This document shows positions 37,526-49,337 of a stretch of 64,000 bases of DNA, piece after piece. Made by a program: the position numbers and the translations under genes. The stretch is from Savitreella phatthalungensis (taxonomy: Eukaryota): assembly GCA_051599415.1 (NCBI GenBank), contig AP039694.1:1-64000 (forward strand), in the 5' to 3' direction. Numbering within the stretch: the stretch's first letter is position 1; every line of letters starts with the position of its first letter. The notes beneath the pieces were generated by a model. The model saw only the letters and a program-made list of their open reading frames with translations. It was not told the DNA's origin and did no database searches.

Positions 37526-38281
37526 TTATGCCTCTGCGCGCGACGTCACTGTGGGGTCCTCCTTGCCGTGAATGGATAGAGTCTTCAGGGCTATGCGTAG
37601 TCGGGTTTCCTCACGCTTGACTGCTGCCTCCAGGACCTCCTTACCCGCGTCTCCCCTGTATCGCACCACCTTGGCAGCATTCTTGAGTGTGAGCGGGGTG
37701 AGCTCCTTGCCACTAATACGTGACTGTGCGATGGCGGCCGCGGTCACATCAAATCGCACGTCCTTTGGGCCATCGCAGAAGGAGAGAACTGCCTGTCTAG
37801 CCTTATCGCCTTTTCGTGCAGGCAGACGAAGCACACGCGTATAGCCTCCAGGTCGATCTGCGTATCTCTGAGCGAGCGTGGTGAAGACCTTGTGGACGAG
37901 CACACGTTCACGCTGTAATTCTCCTCTGGCTCTCGCAGGAGGTGGCGTGTGCTTGCCCGGGGGAGGCAAGGTTGTGGGATCTGGCGGGACGTAATTGGCA
38001 CGTAGGTGCTTCTTCCTGATCTCCAGCTCAGCTGGAAGAGGGACGACGGCGTCAGTGTGAAGATGGTCAAATAGAACATCGCGGACCTTCTGCAACGATG
38101 CAGGCGTTCCGCGTTTGCCGTGTGTTACGAGCTTGTCTGCGAGCTGCTGTGCCTCTTTTGCCTTTTCCCATGTGGTGACGATAGCTTCATGCTCGACTAG
38201 AGAGGTCACAAGATTGCGGAGCATGGCCTGCCTGTGTGAGGCTGTGCGGCCAAACCCACGAAGATTACGCTTTATGGGCAT
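37526..38281 (-). CDS. MRPL8: Mitochondrial ribosomal protein bL17m
   Basis: GRTASHRQAMLRNLVTSLVEHEAIVTTWEKAKE...RYADRPGGYTRVLRL. Confidence 0.92.
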   Translation of the reverse strand: MPIKRNLRGFGRTASHRQAMLRNLVTSLVEHEAIVTTWEKAKEAQQLADKLVTHGKRGTPASLQKVRDVLFDHLHTDAVVPLPAELEIRKKHLRANYVPPDPTTLPPPGKHTPPPARARGELQRERVLVHKVFTTLAQRYADRPGGYTRVLRLPARKGDKARQAVLSFCDGPKDVRFDVTAAAIAQSRISGKELTPLTLKNAAKVVRYRGDAGKEVLEAAVKREETRLRIALKTLSIHGKEDPTVTSRAEA

Positions 38282-39122
38282 CTTGGACCTGCCTTAAGAC
38301 AAAACAGAAACTTGACTGCTGCAGGACAAGAGAAGACTGATTGTTTGGCTGACTTGTAAGGGAACCTCTACCCTGATCGTGCTGGCTGACGTCTCTTGTG
38401 AGTATGGGAGGGTGCAGGAAACTTTGTTCTGGCCTTAATACACTGAATTTGCAGCATATACTGTATGCAATATTGCATATACTGTATGTATACAGCATGC
38501 GGTGAATGTCCGATGCATACCAAAATCAATCAAATCCATATGCAGCCATCCAGCCATGGAGGTATACTCGATCGAACGCTGATCAGGCTTGAGTTTGTGA
38601 TATTCAATTGTCTTGTCCGTGCTCAGGTCTAATTTTAGTATTGCATGTCTAATATTTCGAGATCTGATTGTGTGTATCTGCATCCTCCAGCACGCTCTTT
38701 ACCCTGGCATGTCAAATTCAGAATAATGGGAACGTACACGTATAAATTTACGGCTGAACTCAATTGGATTATTCACAATTTTAGTGCCTCCCCAGGGCAT
38801 GGTCTGAATTGCATGAATGCTGATTCGAATGGATTGTGCAACTGCAGCAATTGAATTGAATGCACACCAGCTGGCACGCAGAAGATCCAGGTACAACAAC
38901 ACACGCCAGATGCACACAATTTGAGTCAACTCGGTAGACGACACGCAAATCATCATTCGGCCGACCGTGCATCACTGGCTGGACATCAAATTATCTTCTG
39001 CTGTAGTAAGGCACAAGGCATTGCAGCCAAGTATCGCGTCTTCCTGCGGCTACAGTATCTGTTGAAGCTTACGACGAAGCTTACGACGCGTCACTGACGA
39101 CTGTTGCTGAGAAATACCAGAT

Positions 39123-40067
39123 ATGTCTGACGAGATCATCTGGCAGTGTATCAACCAACAATTCTGCTCCTACAAAGTTCGTGCGCCCTCACTCACCTTT
39201 TGCCGGAACGAGTACAATGTCAGTGGTCTATGCAATCGGCAGTCCTGTCCGCTGGCCAATGCACGCTATGCAACCGTGCGAGAGCGTGATGGCAAACTCT
39301 ACCTCTACATGAAGACAGCAGAGCGCGCGCACATGCCTGCAAAGTGGTGGGAGCGGATCCGTCTGTCGAAGAACTACGCAGAAGCCTTGGAGCAGATCGA
39401 CTCTCGGCTGCAGTACTGGTCGAATTTCAGCATCCACAAGTGTAAGCAGCGTCTTACCCGGCTCACGCAATATCTGATCAAGTCACGCAGGCTTGCGCTC
39501 GACCCGGGTGTCAAGCTCATCGGCATTAAGCCCAAATTGGCGCGTCGCGAGGAGGCTCGTGAGCGGAAGGCTCTGGTCGCTGCAAAGCTGGAAAAGTCGA
39601 TCGAGAAGGAATTGGTGGAGCGTCTGAGGTCAGGGGTATATGGCGATCAGCCGCTCAACGTCAACGAGGATGTATGGAAACGGTTCCTCGATGCGAAACA
39701 CGGCAAGGTGTCCGACACGAACGAAGAGCTCGAACTCGTTGATGAGGCAGAATTCGTCTCGGATGAGGAAGAAGTAGACGAGGACGAAGATGGGGAGTAC
39801 GAAATGGAGGGCGAATATCTTGATGAGAACGACCCAGATGTGGCTGATCTTGAGCGAGAGATTAGAGATGGCGACGACATCGAAGACTGGTGGAATGGTC
39901 AGGGCTCTGACAACGAAGATGGTGACAGCGGCAGCCCTGCTAAAGCAGGATCGAAGCGTAGACAACCTGCGAATGATGCTTCTGCCGGGCCGCAGAAGAA
40001 GTCGAGACCTCATCTCGAGATCGAATATGAGCACGAGCGCGAAACACTACCGCAGCTCACGGCCTGA
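39123..40067 (+). CDS. MAK16: 60S ribosome biogenesis protein Mak16
   Basis: [18 protein letters not shown]...[21 protein letters not shown], an acidic tail and EIEYEHE. Confidence 0.96.
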   Translation: MSDEIIWQCINQQFCSYKVRAPSLTFCRNEYNVSGLCNRQSCPLANARYATVRERDGKLYLYMKTAERAHMPAKWWERIRLSKNYAEALEQIDSRLQYWSNFSIHKCKQRLTRLTQYLIKSRRLALDPGVKLIGIKPKLARREEARERKALVAAKLEKSIEKELVERLRSGVYGDQPLNVNEDVWKRFLDAKHGKVSDTNEELELVDEAEFVSDEEEVDEDEDGEYEMEGEYLDENDPDVADLEREIRDGDDIEDWWNGQGSDNEDGDSGSPAKAGSKRRQPANDASAGPQKKSRPHLEIEYEHERETLPQLTA

Positions 40068-40138
40068 GACCTCCGACCTTGTATAAATTATTCGTAATCC
40101 TATACAGCTCAAATATGGAGAGTTGTCCAAGTTCTCTG

Positions 40139-43009
40139 TTAGTCGTCACCTGTCATGCCAAAGCCACCGATTTGCCAGCCGATAGCCTCAAACGCATCCA
40201 TGGACCCCGCAGCGGCGGGTCCTGTCGGAGGCATGGCCACTTGGCCGATGCCAGAGGCCGCTTGCGCCATCAGCTTTGCAAGTCTTCCGTCCGGGACAAT
40301 GATCGGGGACGCACCGCCTAGGGGCGTCTGGGCCGGTGTTCGTCGGTGTAAGGGAGTGTTGGTGGCTGTGGCTGCGCCGACCCAAGGGTCAATCTCGGCG
40401 CCCGCGATCACGCCGCCTCGTGGTCCAATGCCATTGCCCTGGAGTAAGCCGTCGCGCTGTGGCTGTGAGTGCGGCACGCCATCTATCTGCCCACCTCCAT
40501 AGCTTGCCCGCAGTGTCTCTGGTAATTGTCCTGCCACTCGGGCGAAGAGATCTGTCACATCCGCCTGGACGCCCTCCACATGCGGTCCCATCAGCAAGCT
40601 CGATGGGGTCGATGCTGTGCCGGTATCGATGGAGGGTGTCGCCGTTCCTGGATATCCACTGCTTCGGCCGAACGTCATGTTGAATAGCGCATCAGACCTC
40701 TCCGTATGGCCATTCTCGACCTTGACGTTGTTTTGAGACGTTACGACAACGCCTTCGCAGAGATCTTTGAACAGATCCGCGCATTTCTGCGCCACCTCCC
40801 AAAACTTTGCGAGCGCCAGCAGGACACGAGAAGTACAGGCGATACCTTCCTGAACTTCGAGCATGGTTAAGGCGGGACGATTGTCGGCCACATCGCAGAA
40901 GAATTGGCCTTGATGTGCAGCACCGTCCTCTGGGTTTGGAGTCTGAGGTGGACACAGAAAGACACACCATAACATCGTGACACCGGCCGTGAAGCACATA
41001 GCGAGCGGTGCAAAGTTGACAGTGAGAGTCTTCTCGTCTAAAAGCTGCTTGTACAGCTTGACACTGCGCAAGGCAGCCTCTGCACAATGACGAATGTCAG
41101 ATGGATTGCCCTTCGGTGCGAGCAAGCGGTATAGCAGCAATCGAGCATGGAAATATCCGAGCTCGTAGAAAGTGCTGGACCGGTAAATGCTGGGGACGAT
41201 CGCATTATCTGGTTGCTTGACCTGGCCCGAAGGGATTGTCAACCGCCATGCTTCGAGCTCAGTGACAAAGCGATCAACAGCTGGCGCGAGATTCTCGTTG
41301 GGTCGGTGCTGCGTACAATAAAGTGTACCCAGGATGCGGCCCATGAGTCGACGCAATTTGATGATCGCAAGAGAGTACGTCATTTCTGTGATCACACCTG
41401 GCGGCAGAGTCTGTATCCGGTCTTCCAGGATACAGTCATCGTTGACGTCAGCGGGCAATTCGCAAGATACGTTCTCGTCGACGATGGCACATGGTCGTCC
41501 AAGGACAAGCGAGACGAATCGATCGAGCGAGTAGCAGGACCAGAAGATGCGCTTACGAAGCTCACGATCGAGCAATGTCAATTGAGACCGATTGTTCTGC
41601 TCACGATGGAGTGATAGCTCGACACAGATCCTCATAGCCAAGCCTGACGTCCGATAGATCGACACGGTATCTGGGTGATGCAAACCGTAAACGACCAATA
41701 GCAGCATACATTGCACCGTGGCAAGAGTTGTGCGGTCGAGAGCGAGTTCCAGATGGTCCATGGCAACCTCAAAGAAGCGATGTCTTGGATCGGCTTCTTG
41801 ATGCTCTCGACCGATGACTGTAGCTTGACGGGAGAGCGTGGTTTCGCCAATGGCGAGCACCATATTGAGGATGAAAACCATCTGCGCACGCGGTGCTTCA
41901 GGTCCGAACTGATAGAATTCGTGGAAGCGCTCCATGAAGGAGCGATGGTGAAGAAAGGGTGAAGCAGTATGGGTGTGGCAGAAATACGCATCGATAAGTC
42001 GTAGTGCAACGTCCATGCGAGGATAGAACGGCTTGACTGTTGGTCCCTCGTGACGATCGCCCGGTGCGCGGATCGTGGCGGCGGTCACCTTCGACGCCGC
42101 TGCTCCACGATTCAAAATGTCATCTGGCTGCGTAGGAAGTCGCGTGTAGGAACCATACGTCCTCTCGGTGCTGATCGGTTCGTTTGATTCAAGGGTGGGA
42201 TCGAGGAAAAGCTGTCCGCTGGGCAAAAGGCCCTCGGGCATTCCAACCGCCTTGCGCGGCGGGGCACTGCGGATATCGGACATCCGCTCGCTCCGTGCTC
42301 GAGCTGCAGCATCTCTGCCGCTCGAGTGAAGTCCGAAAGGTCCTGCACCCGGAGTTGCAGCTGGCGGCAAAGGGAAATTGGCTGTGCCGCGGAACATTGA
42401 CGGGGCTGGAGAAGCGGTGGCCCGCAACGGGGAGCGCACAAAATCTGTGGGCGTAGACCTGCCCCTCGACGGCTCTGGAGATTCCACAGCGCGTGGACCG
42501 AGCATCGGAGAGAGTCCTCCAGGCCCCGAAAAGGCAAGGCTCGTGCCGGTCGGTACGTTTGACATGTGCATTCCCGGATTGACCTCGTCCAGGAGTGATT
42601 CGAGCCACTGGATGCGTGCCTCTAAGTCTGGCACATGTGAACGCGGCAAGACTTTGTTACTCATTTTATCCGTCAATGTGCACTGGACTCCTGCCTGTCG
42701 ACAGGGCCCACATTGCACTCCTCCATCACACTTCTGCTTCCTCCGGTGGCAACGATCACAGGCAACAGCCAACCTGAGGCGCTTCTTTCCCGAGGCAGAG
42801 CCGCCACCATCGCTATCAGCGGCATTGGAGCTAGCCGACGTCAATGCTCGATCACGACGCTTTGTAGGCCGGTTGACAGAAGCGCTAGGTGTATTCGCGC
42901 TCCCCGTGATTGTCTGATGAGGCGTCTGCCGCCCCGTTTTGGTGCCTACATTATCGAATGTTGATGAGATCGCGGATATAGCCGATTGGCCATTGACGCC
43001 GTCTGTCAT
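40139..43009 (-). CDS. Zn(II)2Cys6 fungal transcription factor with fungal-specific TF domain
   Basis: ACDRCHRRKQKCDGGVQCGPCRQAGVQC cluster and LRKRIFWSCYSLDRFVSLVLGRP middle homology region. Confidence 0.93.
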   Translation of the reverse strand: MTDGVNGQSAISAISSTFDNVGTKTGRQTPHQTITGSANTPSASVNRPTKRRDRALTSASSNAADSDGGGSASGKKRLRLAVACDRCHRRKQKCDGGVQCGPCRQAGVQCTLTDKMSNKVLPRSHVPDLEARIQWLESLLDEVNPGMHMSNVPTGTSLAFSGPGGLSPMLGPRAVESPEPSRGRSTPTDFVRSPLRATASPAPSMFRGTANFPLPPAATPGAGPFGLHSSGRDAAARARSERMSDIRSAPPRKAVGMPEGLLPSGQLFLDPTLESNEPISTERTYGSYTRLPTQPDDILNRGAAASKVTAATIRAPGDRHEGPTVKPFYPRMDVALRLIDAYFCHTHTASPFLHHRSFMERFHEFYQFGPEAPRAQMVFILNMVLAIGETTLSRQATVIGREHQEADPRHRFFEVAMDHLELALDRTTLATVQCMLLLVVYGLHHPDTVSIYRTSGLAMRICVELSLHREQNNRSQLTLLDRELRKRIFWSCYSLDRFVSLVLGRPCAIVDENVSCELPADVNDDCILEDRIQTLPPGVITEMTYSLAIIKLRRLMGRILGTLYCTQHRPNENLAPAVDRFVTELEAWRLTIPSGQVKQPDNAIVPSIYRSSTFYELGYFHARLLLYRLLAPKGNPSDIRHCAEAALRSVKLYKQLLDEKTLTVNFAPLAMCFTAGVTMLWCVFLCPPQTPNPEDGAAHQGQFFCDVADNRPALTMLEVQEGIACTSRVLLALAKFWEVAQKCADLFKDLCEGVVVTSQNNVKVENGHTERSDALFNMTFGRSSGYPGTATPSIDTGTASTPSSLLMGPHVEGVQADVTDLFARVAGQLPETLRASYGGGQIDGVPHSQPQRDGLLQGNGIGPRGGVIAGAEIDPWVGAATATNTPLHRRTPAQTPLGGASPIIVPDGRLAKLMAQAASGIGQVAMPPTGPAAAGSMDAFEAIGWQIGGFGMTGDD

Positions 43010-44913
43010 GACGTCCTTAGACTGGACAGAGAAGAGCGTGCGGACAGATCGCAGACCTTTTGGCGACACTAGCTGCAGCGCAAGGATGAACCTGACGGAT
43101 CAGACGAGTCTTTACGTTCGGCAGGAAACGCAACGCATGGCGATTTGACGGTCGAATGGCCAGTCAGATGAGCGCGAAACAAAGATGAATGGTAGCTGCG
43201 ATCAGTCAAGCTGTCGAAGTGTAAGGTTGAATGGATGATCAATGAATAGGTCGACTTATGATGGCGAGTTCTCTCCGCATCTATGTATTTACAGCTAGTA
43301 TATACAGTGGTATGGAGGCACGCATGTAGGTCGGTAGATGCATGCACGGGTTCGGATAGTGAAAGAGTGCTATCACGCGGGAGATGTTGAATGGATAATT
43401 AACTTAATCCCTGTAGACATACAGGCGATTCATTTGGAGACTATCCAGTCTAGCTATCACGGGAGGTTTATTCACACCTAGCTATGTAGACTTGATCCCT
43501 GCAAAGAATGAATTGACGGCCGACCCGGGCCGTGGATGAAATGATCTGGCCAGATCGAGGTTGGTCCACGATCTCAATTATTCCAATGCACCAGAATCAA
43601 GAAATCCAGCGGACCGCGAAAGTACATGGCACAAGTGGATTGCAACTTTCTACCTTGGTCGAATGCTTCGAAGCAGACTGACTTGAACACGGAGCGTTGA
43701 AAGGTCAGATCTGACTCCATTCAGTTCCTCGATATTTGCTAGCTCTCGCCTGCTTTGACTCTTCCTACTTTCAATGGGGTTTCTGGAGATATAGCCAGAG
43801 GCCATGCTGCTCGATAATGTAGAAAGTCCTGGGCTAATTCACTTTGGTTGGTTTGGCTTGACTCTCATGGCTTGGCTCTCATGACAAGCTTTGTCGGCAC
43901 TACATAGAGATCACGGCCTACATAGCCTGGACAATTCAGACATTGCAATTCGGCAGCACAAAAAGCGTGTTTGCACCTGTAACAGATTGCAGTCTATCTG
44001 ACCCTTGTATTCAAATGTCGAACTGGAAGATGACCGTTGACTGCGCCACGAATTAGCCCAGAAAGCCGATCAGTAAAAGGCGGTCTCAGGTGCTAGTTTA
44101 GCTCGCAATCTTCGACGTTGAAGGGACTTTCCATCCGAGAACCTGTGGAGATTGCTTGGGTCAGGATACAGAGAGAAGCTTCAGAGAGAAGCTCTACAGA
44201 GAAGCCAAATCGCATGCGACTTGCAAGAATGGTGCATGAGCATAAAATGTGTATTGCCATGTCATTCATTGCTCCTAGATTGATTGACAACCGTATAGAA
44301 TTTGTAAGATTGTGGGCTCGTAGACACAGGAGAGTTTCTTGGCGTCCGCGTCCATATACTCGATCAACCACCTTCCCGGTGGTGGAGTAGCAGGTCATGC
44401 AAGCTGTCAAATCAATTCAGACTACAGCTCCATCATTCTCATTTTCATTTTCTTTTTCTTTTTCATTTTCTTCCTTGACTAATCGCGCTTTCACCTGAGA
44501 TCAGTTGATACAACATCATCGATAATCTGAGCAGGTAATTTGCATAGACTCCACATTCTATAACGTGTGGCCTCTCCGATATGTGGAGTGAGTGACGCAG
44601 TTGACGAATCCAACACCACATGCCCATGCGTAGATCTGTATTATAGCGTACGTACGTTTTGCGTAAATATTCACGTATCATACACTGTACATTGCACAGC
44701 CGACTCTCTTGCTAGGCAGTGTCACCGCAAAAGGTGTAGTGATACTTCCAGCAGGAGATTGTTAGCGCAGATTCGCGGCTTTTCGAGCCCGGGCTTCTCC
44801 AGCGCGCGCGGTGCTCGAAAGACTTTCTGACGCGTGTCCGCATCGTTGCTGCGCGTCATTGCCGCATCCATCGCAAAGAGGCGCACATTGCTGAGAGGGC
44901 GTGTCTCGGAGCT

Positions 44914-47028
44914 ATGAGCGATCTTGAAGATGTTGACCATCAGGATCATACCCTGGTCTCTTACACCTCTCACACAGTCAGCCTCCTATTCGCCAAGTCC
45001 GCCGTGTATGTCCATCCGACGCCAAGATCACGAGACAATATAGGAGGTTTCATCGCGCTCTCGCGTCTCTCGTCACCTTCGACTCGTGATCCAGAAGCTG
45101 CGGAATTGCTTCTGTCTTGGCAGTCTGCGGATCAGCTCCGCGAGACTATCAGCAAATATAGCACGATCGAGCAAGATACAAGTGCAAACGTTCGCGTACC
45201 CAGGCCGCCTTATCAGCCAGACGGATCGACTTTTGGCTTCTGCCTACCTCTTCATGAGATCGCTCAACTGTCGGCAAAACCACCGAGGGCAGGATGGTCA
45301 TGGGGTTCTCTTGTGATCACGAAGACTGATGGTGAACAGTTACCAGCGCTCTTCTTTCACGATGACGAATGCATCTCCACGATTGCGGAGCGCAAGCATC
45401 GTCAGGAAAGTTTTGATCCATTTGGCGAGGAAGGACACGTTTTCTGGGGTTTTGACTCCTTGCTAACAGTCTTGAGGGCCGTGACTGACATCTCGAAGAA
45501 TGATGCATCTGCTGGTACATACACGCTCAATCCCTTAAGACCAAAACCTCCAACACTTGCAATCCACGATCAAGCGAAACCCGGGGTCAAGTGGCGTATC
45601 CTTGAGAGGTTCGGCCGCATCACCCGCATGGGTCGGTCAACCGCCGACCAGTTGCTCGATTCTGACGCAGGTCGAGAGATCTTATCGAGATTACCTCCGC
45701 AGATACGCCAGATGGTGGCGTCGCAACAAGCTCAACGGGTCGCTGACGAATATGACAGCGCACGCCTTTATCTTGCTCGATGGGCCGCCTCTATTAGTGA
45801 TGCAAGCGCTTTCGCCCCGCCAAGTATGGCAACGGCTACAGACGAGACTTTCGAGGAGGAAACTGCTCTGGGTATGTTCGAAGTTCTTTCTGTCTCCGAG
45901 GTGCAGCGTCGCGCAGTAGTGACTGAGAAGGAATGGAAGACCTGGTTCAATCCTCGCGGTGTCCTTCTCAAATCATCGCACGAAGTCCGCGACGAACTTT
46001 TCCACGGCAGCTGCGAGCACAGTATCATGGGTGAAGTTTGGTGTTTCCTTCTCGGTGTCTATCCCTGGGACTCTGATCTGAAGACGCGTCGTGCGATAGC
46101 AGCCTCGAAGCGAGACGAATACTACTTGCTCAAGCGCAAGTGGTTCGATCATCTGGATGCTCCTTCCTCACAGTTCATTGAAGAACGACACAGGATTGAG
46201 AAGGACATCCATCGAACGGATCGTCAACATCCGTTCTTCGAGAAGGAGGACATGCCTTCGCCCGATCCAACAGCTGAGTGGGGCACCAACGCGCACATGG
46301 AACAGCTCAAGGACATCCTGCTTACATACAACGAGTACAATGCTGAGCTCGGGTACGTCCAGGGAATGTCTGATTTGCTGGCACCGATTTATGTCGTTTC
46401 GGGCGAAGACGGTCTGGCGTTTTGGAATTTTGTCGGCCTAATGGCTCGCACAGAGCGTAACTTCCTGCGTGACCAATCCGGCATGAGGACGCAGTTGTCG
46501 CAATTGGCCGAATTGACCCGCTTCATGCTGCCGAAACTTTACGCTCATCTGGAGAAGTGTGAGTCGCTCAACTTCTTCGCGTTTTTCCGCATGCTCTTGA
46601 TACTGTTCAAACGAGAATTCGAGTTCGACACCATACTTGATCTGTGGACAGTCATCTTTACAGACTTTCTCTCGCACGACTTCCACATCTTCTGCGCTTT
46701 GGCCATCTTGGATCTCCATTCTACCGTCATTGTCAACCACCTGCGTGCGTTTGACGAAGTTCTCAAGTACATGAACGACTTGAGCGGCAGGATGAAGCTG
46801 GACGAGATTCTTTTGCGAGCGGAAAAACTCTACAGGGCTTTTATCGTGAGGGTTCGTGAGATGGACAAGCGCAGACAACGCATTGTCGACCGCAAGAATG
46901 AGGGTCATCGGCAGAACGAGTCTCAGAGCACCGCACACGATGATTCGACGACAAATTCGGACTTGGACCGTGCAGTCGATAGTCTCACGTTGAGCGAGAA
47001 TCTTGCCAGACTCATTGGACGCGATTAA
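44914..47028 (+). CDS. GYP7: Rab7/Ypt7 GTPase-activating TBC protein (Gyp7/TBC1D15)
   Basis: LLFAKSAVYVHP, LPALFFHDDE, IEKDIHRTDR (Arg finger) and GYVQGMSDL (Gln finger). Confidence 0.93.
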   Translation: MSDLEDVDHQDHTLVSYTSHTVSLLFAKSAVYVHPTPRSRDNIGGFIALSRLSSPSTRDPEAAELLLSWQSADQLRETISKYSTIEQDTSANVRVPRPPYQPDGSTFGFCLPLHEIAQLSAKPPRAGWSWGSLVITKTDGEQLPALFFHDDECISTIAERKHRQESFDPFGEEGHVFWGFDSLLTVLRAVTDISKNDASAGTYTLNPLRPKPPTLAIHDQAKPGVKWRILERFGRITRMGRSTADQLLDSDAGREILSRLPPQIRQMVASQQAQRVADEYDSARLYLARWAASISDASAFAPPSMATATDETFEEETALGMFEVLSVSEVQRRAVVTEKEWKTWFNPRGVLLKSSHEVRDELFHGSCEHSIMGEVWCFLLGVYPWDSDLKTRRAIAASKRDEYYLLKRKWFDHLDAPSSQFIEERHRIEKDIHRTDRQHPFFEKEDMPSPDPTAEWGTNAHMEQLKDILLTYNEYNAELGYVQGMSDLLAPIYVVSGEDGLAFWNFVGLMARTERNFLRDQSGMRTQLSQLAELTRFMLPKLYAHLEKCESLNFFAFFRMLLILFKREFEFDTILDLWTVIFTDFLSHDFHIFCALAILDLHSTVIVNHLRAFDEVLKYMNDLSGRMKLDEILLRAEKLYRAFIVRVREMDKRRQRIVDRKNEGHRQNESQSTAHDDSTTNSDLDRAVDSLTLSENLARLIGRD

Positions 47029-47320
47029 GTGGCGAACACACGAGGAACTCCGAGTGGCTGCGCTGCTTCGGTACGATACGCACTAGCCTTATGAAAATAT
47101 GATGTCAATGTTGAATGGTACTTGAAGGCACTAGTGTAAGCTAAGACCGCACAGTGTAGTCCAGGTTGAGAGTCACGGGCCACGCGCCCGTAGTGCTCTC
47201 TGGAAGGGGGTTATCGGTGCATGATTGAAAACTGCACATGTGGATGCATACCGATATGCTTACCATGCATGCAATGCTACAAATGAAATCCAATCGAGAT
47301 CACGCACGAACGTCGTGTTT

Positions 47321-48547
47321 ATGACAGACAGCCTAGAAAGCGAGGCTCATAAGCTCTTCATCAAGCGATGCTTGACAGCGCTTCCACACTATTATACTGC
47401 CGAAGCAACGAACCATCTAGCGCTTATAAACTTTATCTTATCTGCTCAGACCCTTTTGCGGGAGAAAGTGCCCGCGGGAATCGCACCGTCGCTTTCTGAC
47501 CATTTTGTCCCGGCCACGTCCACCTTCAGCTCTCACACGTATCATCCGAATGACACGCACATCCCATCTACTTTCTTCGCCTTGTGCAGTCTTTACCTTG
47601 AGCATGCTCCGGCATCAGAAACCCTGTCATTTCTAAACCCAGCCGCTACCATCCGTGAAATAGGACGGCTGCAGGTGACAGAAAGCGGTGACGCAGGGAG
47701 CTTCCGCTCGCATCGAGACGGCTTGTATGATGCTGATATGCGTCAATTGTATATGGCGATGGCTGTTGTGTGGCTCTGTGTTCGTGAGGGGCTGTCGCGG
47801 ACGATGCCAAGGGAGCACCTGTGCAGAATGCTGAGATGCAGTGGACCTGATGGCATATCTTTGGCGCTAGCCAGGTCTTTCGTTACACGGTCTCTCAACA
47901 AGCGTGAGCATGCATACGGTGGCAAAAGAGGGGGCGAAGCCCATGCAGGACACACTTTCTGCGCACTTGCCACGCTCGTTCTGTTAAACGATTTGGAAAG
48001 CTTCGCCACCGGAAAGGCGGGGACACTGTGCCCTGGACGGCTCGATTCCAATCGATACGAACGAACGATACGATGGCTCGTCTTGCGGCAGGTCGGATGT
48101 GACAGCGCGCGGACAGTAATGGATGATTGCCTTGCAGTCTGGGATTGGGGAGGCTGCGCCGGACGAGCCAATAAGAGGGCCGACGCATGCTACGGTTTCT
48201 GGGTAACGGCTGCGCTGTCTCTGATCTCACTGCCTAATGGAGCACCTGCGACGACCCTGCTGGACGAGAAGGCCTTGCAAGATTTTCTTCTTCGCTGCCA
48301 AACACGCGTAGCAGGCTTTGCCCCAGGTCCGTCTATTGCTCCGCTGACAGCCGAAGCGACGCTATGCCAAGGAGAGCTGGCGGTAGAATTTGCCACCGCA
48401 GCGAACCGTATGCCAGACGTCTATCACACATACCTGGCCCTGTCAGCGCTGGAAAAGATCGCAAAGGGCAACGAAGTCCGACAAACTCACGACTATCAGG
48501 CTCATGGCATAGCCGAGCTAGCGCTGTGCCTAGTGCAGCCCAGTTGA
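47321..48547 (+). CDS. CDC43: Geranylgeranyltransferase type-I beta subunit (Cdc43/Cwg2)
   Basis: Prenyltransferase repeats DMRQLYMA, GEAHAGHTFCALA, GRANKRADACYGFW (Zn ligands D, C) and PDVYHTYLAL; N-terminal KRCLTALP. Confidence 0.8.
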   Translation: MTDSLESEAHKLFIKRCLTALPHYYTAEATNHLALINFILSAQTLLREKVPAGIAPSLSDHFVPATSTFSSHTYHPNDTHIPSTFFALCSLYLEHAPASETLSFLNPAATIREIGRLQVTESGDAGSFRSHRDGLYDADMRQLYMAMAVVWLCVREGLSRTMPREHLCRMLRCSGPDGISLALARSFVTRSLNKREHAYGGKRGGEAHAGHTFCALATLVLLNDLESFATGKAGTLCPGRLDSNRYERTIRWLVLRQVGCDSARTVMDDCLAVWDWGGCAGRANKRADACYGFWVTAALSLISLPNGAPATTLLDEKALQDFLLRCQTRVAGFAPGPSIAPLTAEATLCQGELAVEFATAANRMPDVYHTYLALSALEKIAKGNEVRQTHDYQAHGIAELALCLVQPS

Positions 48548-48686
48548 GCTGGCTTGAGAGTACGTAATGTGTCATGCATTGAGTTAAGAAGATGCAACCC
48601 GGGCGACATAGGTCGCGGGCTGTACAGGGTCGTCTCCACAAATGTTAATGGCTCGTTCATGAGATGCAATGGCGGTATATGCATCG

Positions 48687-49337
48687 TCAATCATACATTT
48701 CATCGGCGCTCCGCCGCACAAGCTGACGAACTTTCTTCTTAAATGCTTGAGGATCGTCTCTCAGCTGCCGAGCACACTCGATGTTAGCAGGCGACTCGTC
48801 GTTAGGACTCGAAAGCATCGAAACGACCGAGACAAGAATGGTCTCAACGGTGTGTACAGGTGACCATCGCTCGCCAGCATCTTCATAGCCGTACTGGTCT
48901 TCTCCCGGAGCATGAAGAATCGAGATACAGACAGTGCCGTCAGAGTAAATATTAGGGTGCCACATCTCAGATATGAAGCGCATCTTCGGTGGCAGTAGTG
49001 GGTACTCTAAGGGAAACGACAGGCGTGCCTTCAGAAAGGCGCCTTCATAGATTGTGTCCTGAGGTCCGATCACCATGATTTCCCACTCGTAAAAGTTGCT
49101 CTCGTCAGGCAGACCGCAGGAAAACCCATCGATTGGGTTTTTCTGCATCTCCTTGTATTGTCGGCGGAGGATCATCGAGCTTGAAGCGCCAGGGCCGGGC
49201 GATGGCGTGTTCGATTTGCTAGCGCTTTGATGCACGGGAGTGATGACACTGCTGCCGTTGTTGGCGCCGCCATTTCCTCCTGTGCCTGTTGATCGCACTG
49301 TCGCACCTCCATCTCTCGGTGCATTCGTATACGACAT
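48687..49337 (-). CDS. Ubiquitin-conjugating enzyme E2, UBE2G/Ubc7/Ubc15 type with acidic loop
   Basis: WHPNIYSDGTVCISILHAPGEDQYGYEDAGERWSP...ESPANIE, with a low-complexity N-terminal extension. Confidence 0.92.
   Translation of the reverse strand: MSYTNAPRDGGATVRSTGTGGNGGANNGSSVITPVHQSASKSNTPSPGPGASSSMILRRQYKEMQKNPIDGFSCGLPDESNFYEWEIMVIGPQDTIYEGAFLKARLSFPLEYPLLPPKMRFISEMWHPNIYSDGTVCISILHAPGEDQYGYEDAGERWSPVHTVETILVSVVSMLSSPNDESPANIECARQLRDDPQAFKKKVRQLVRRSADEMYD

Noticed and set aside
38440..38500. Short direct/palindromic repeat GCATATACTGTATG twice around TGCAATATTGCA
   Set aside because: Too short and isolated, with no TIR/TSD structure of a MITE; probably a local duplication
38500..39100. 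Short ORFs between MRPL8 and MAK16
   Set aside because: No recognisable motifs or convincing splice model
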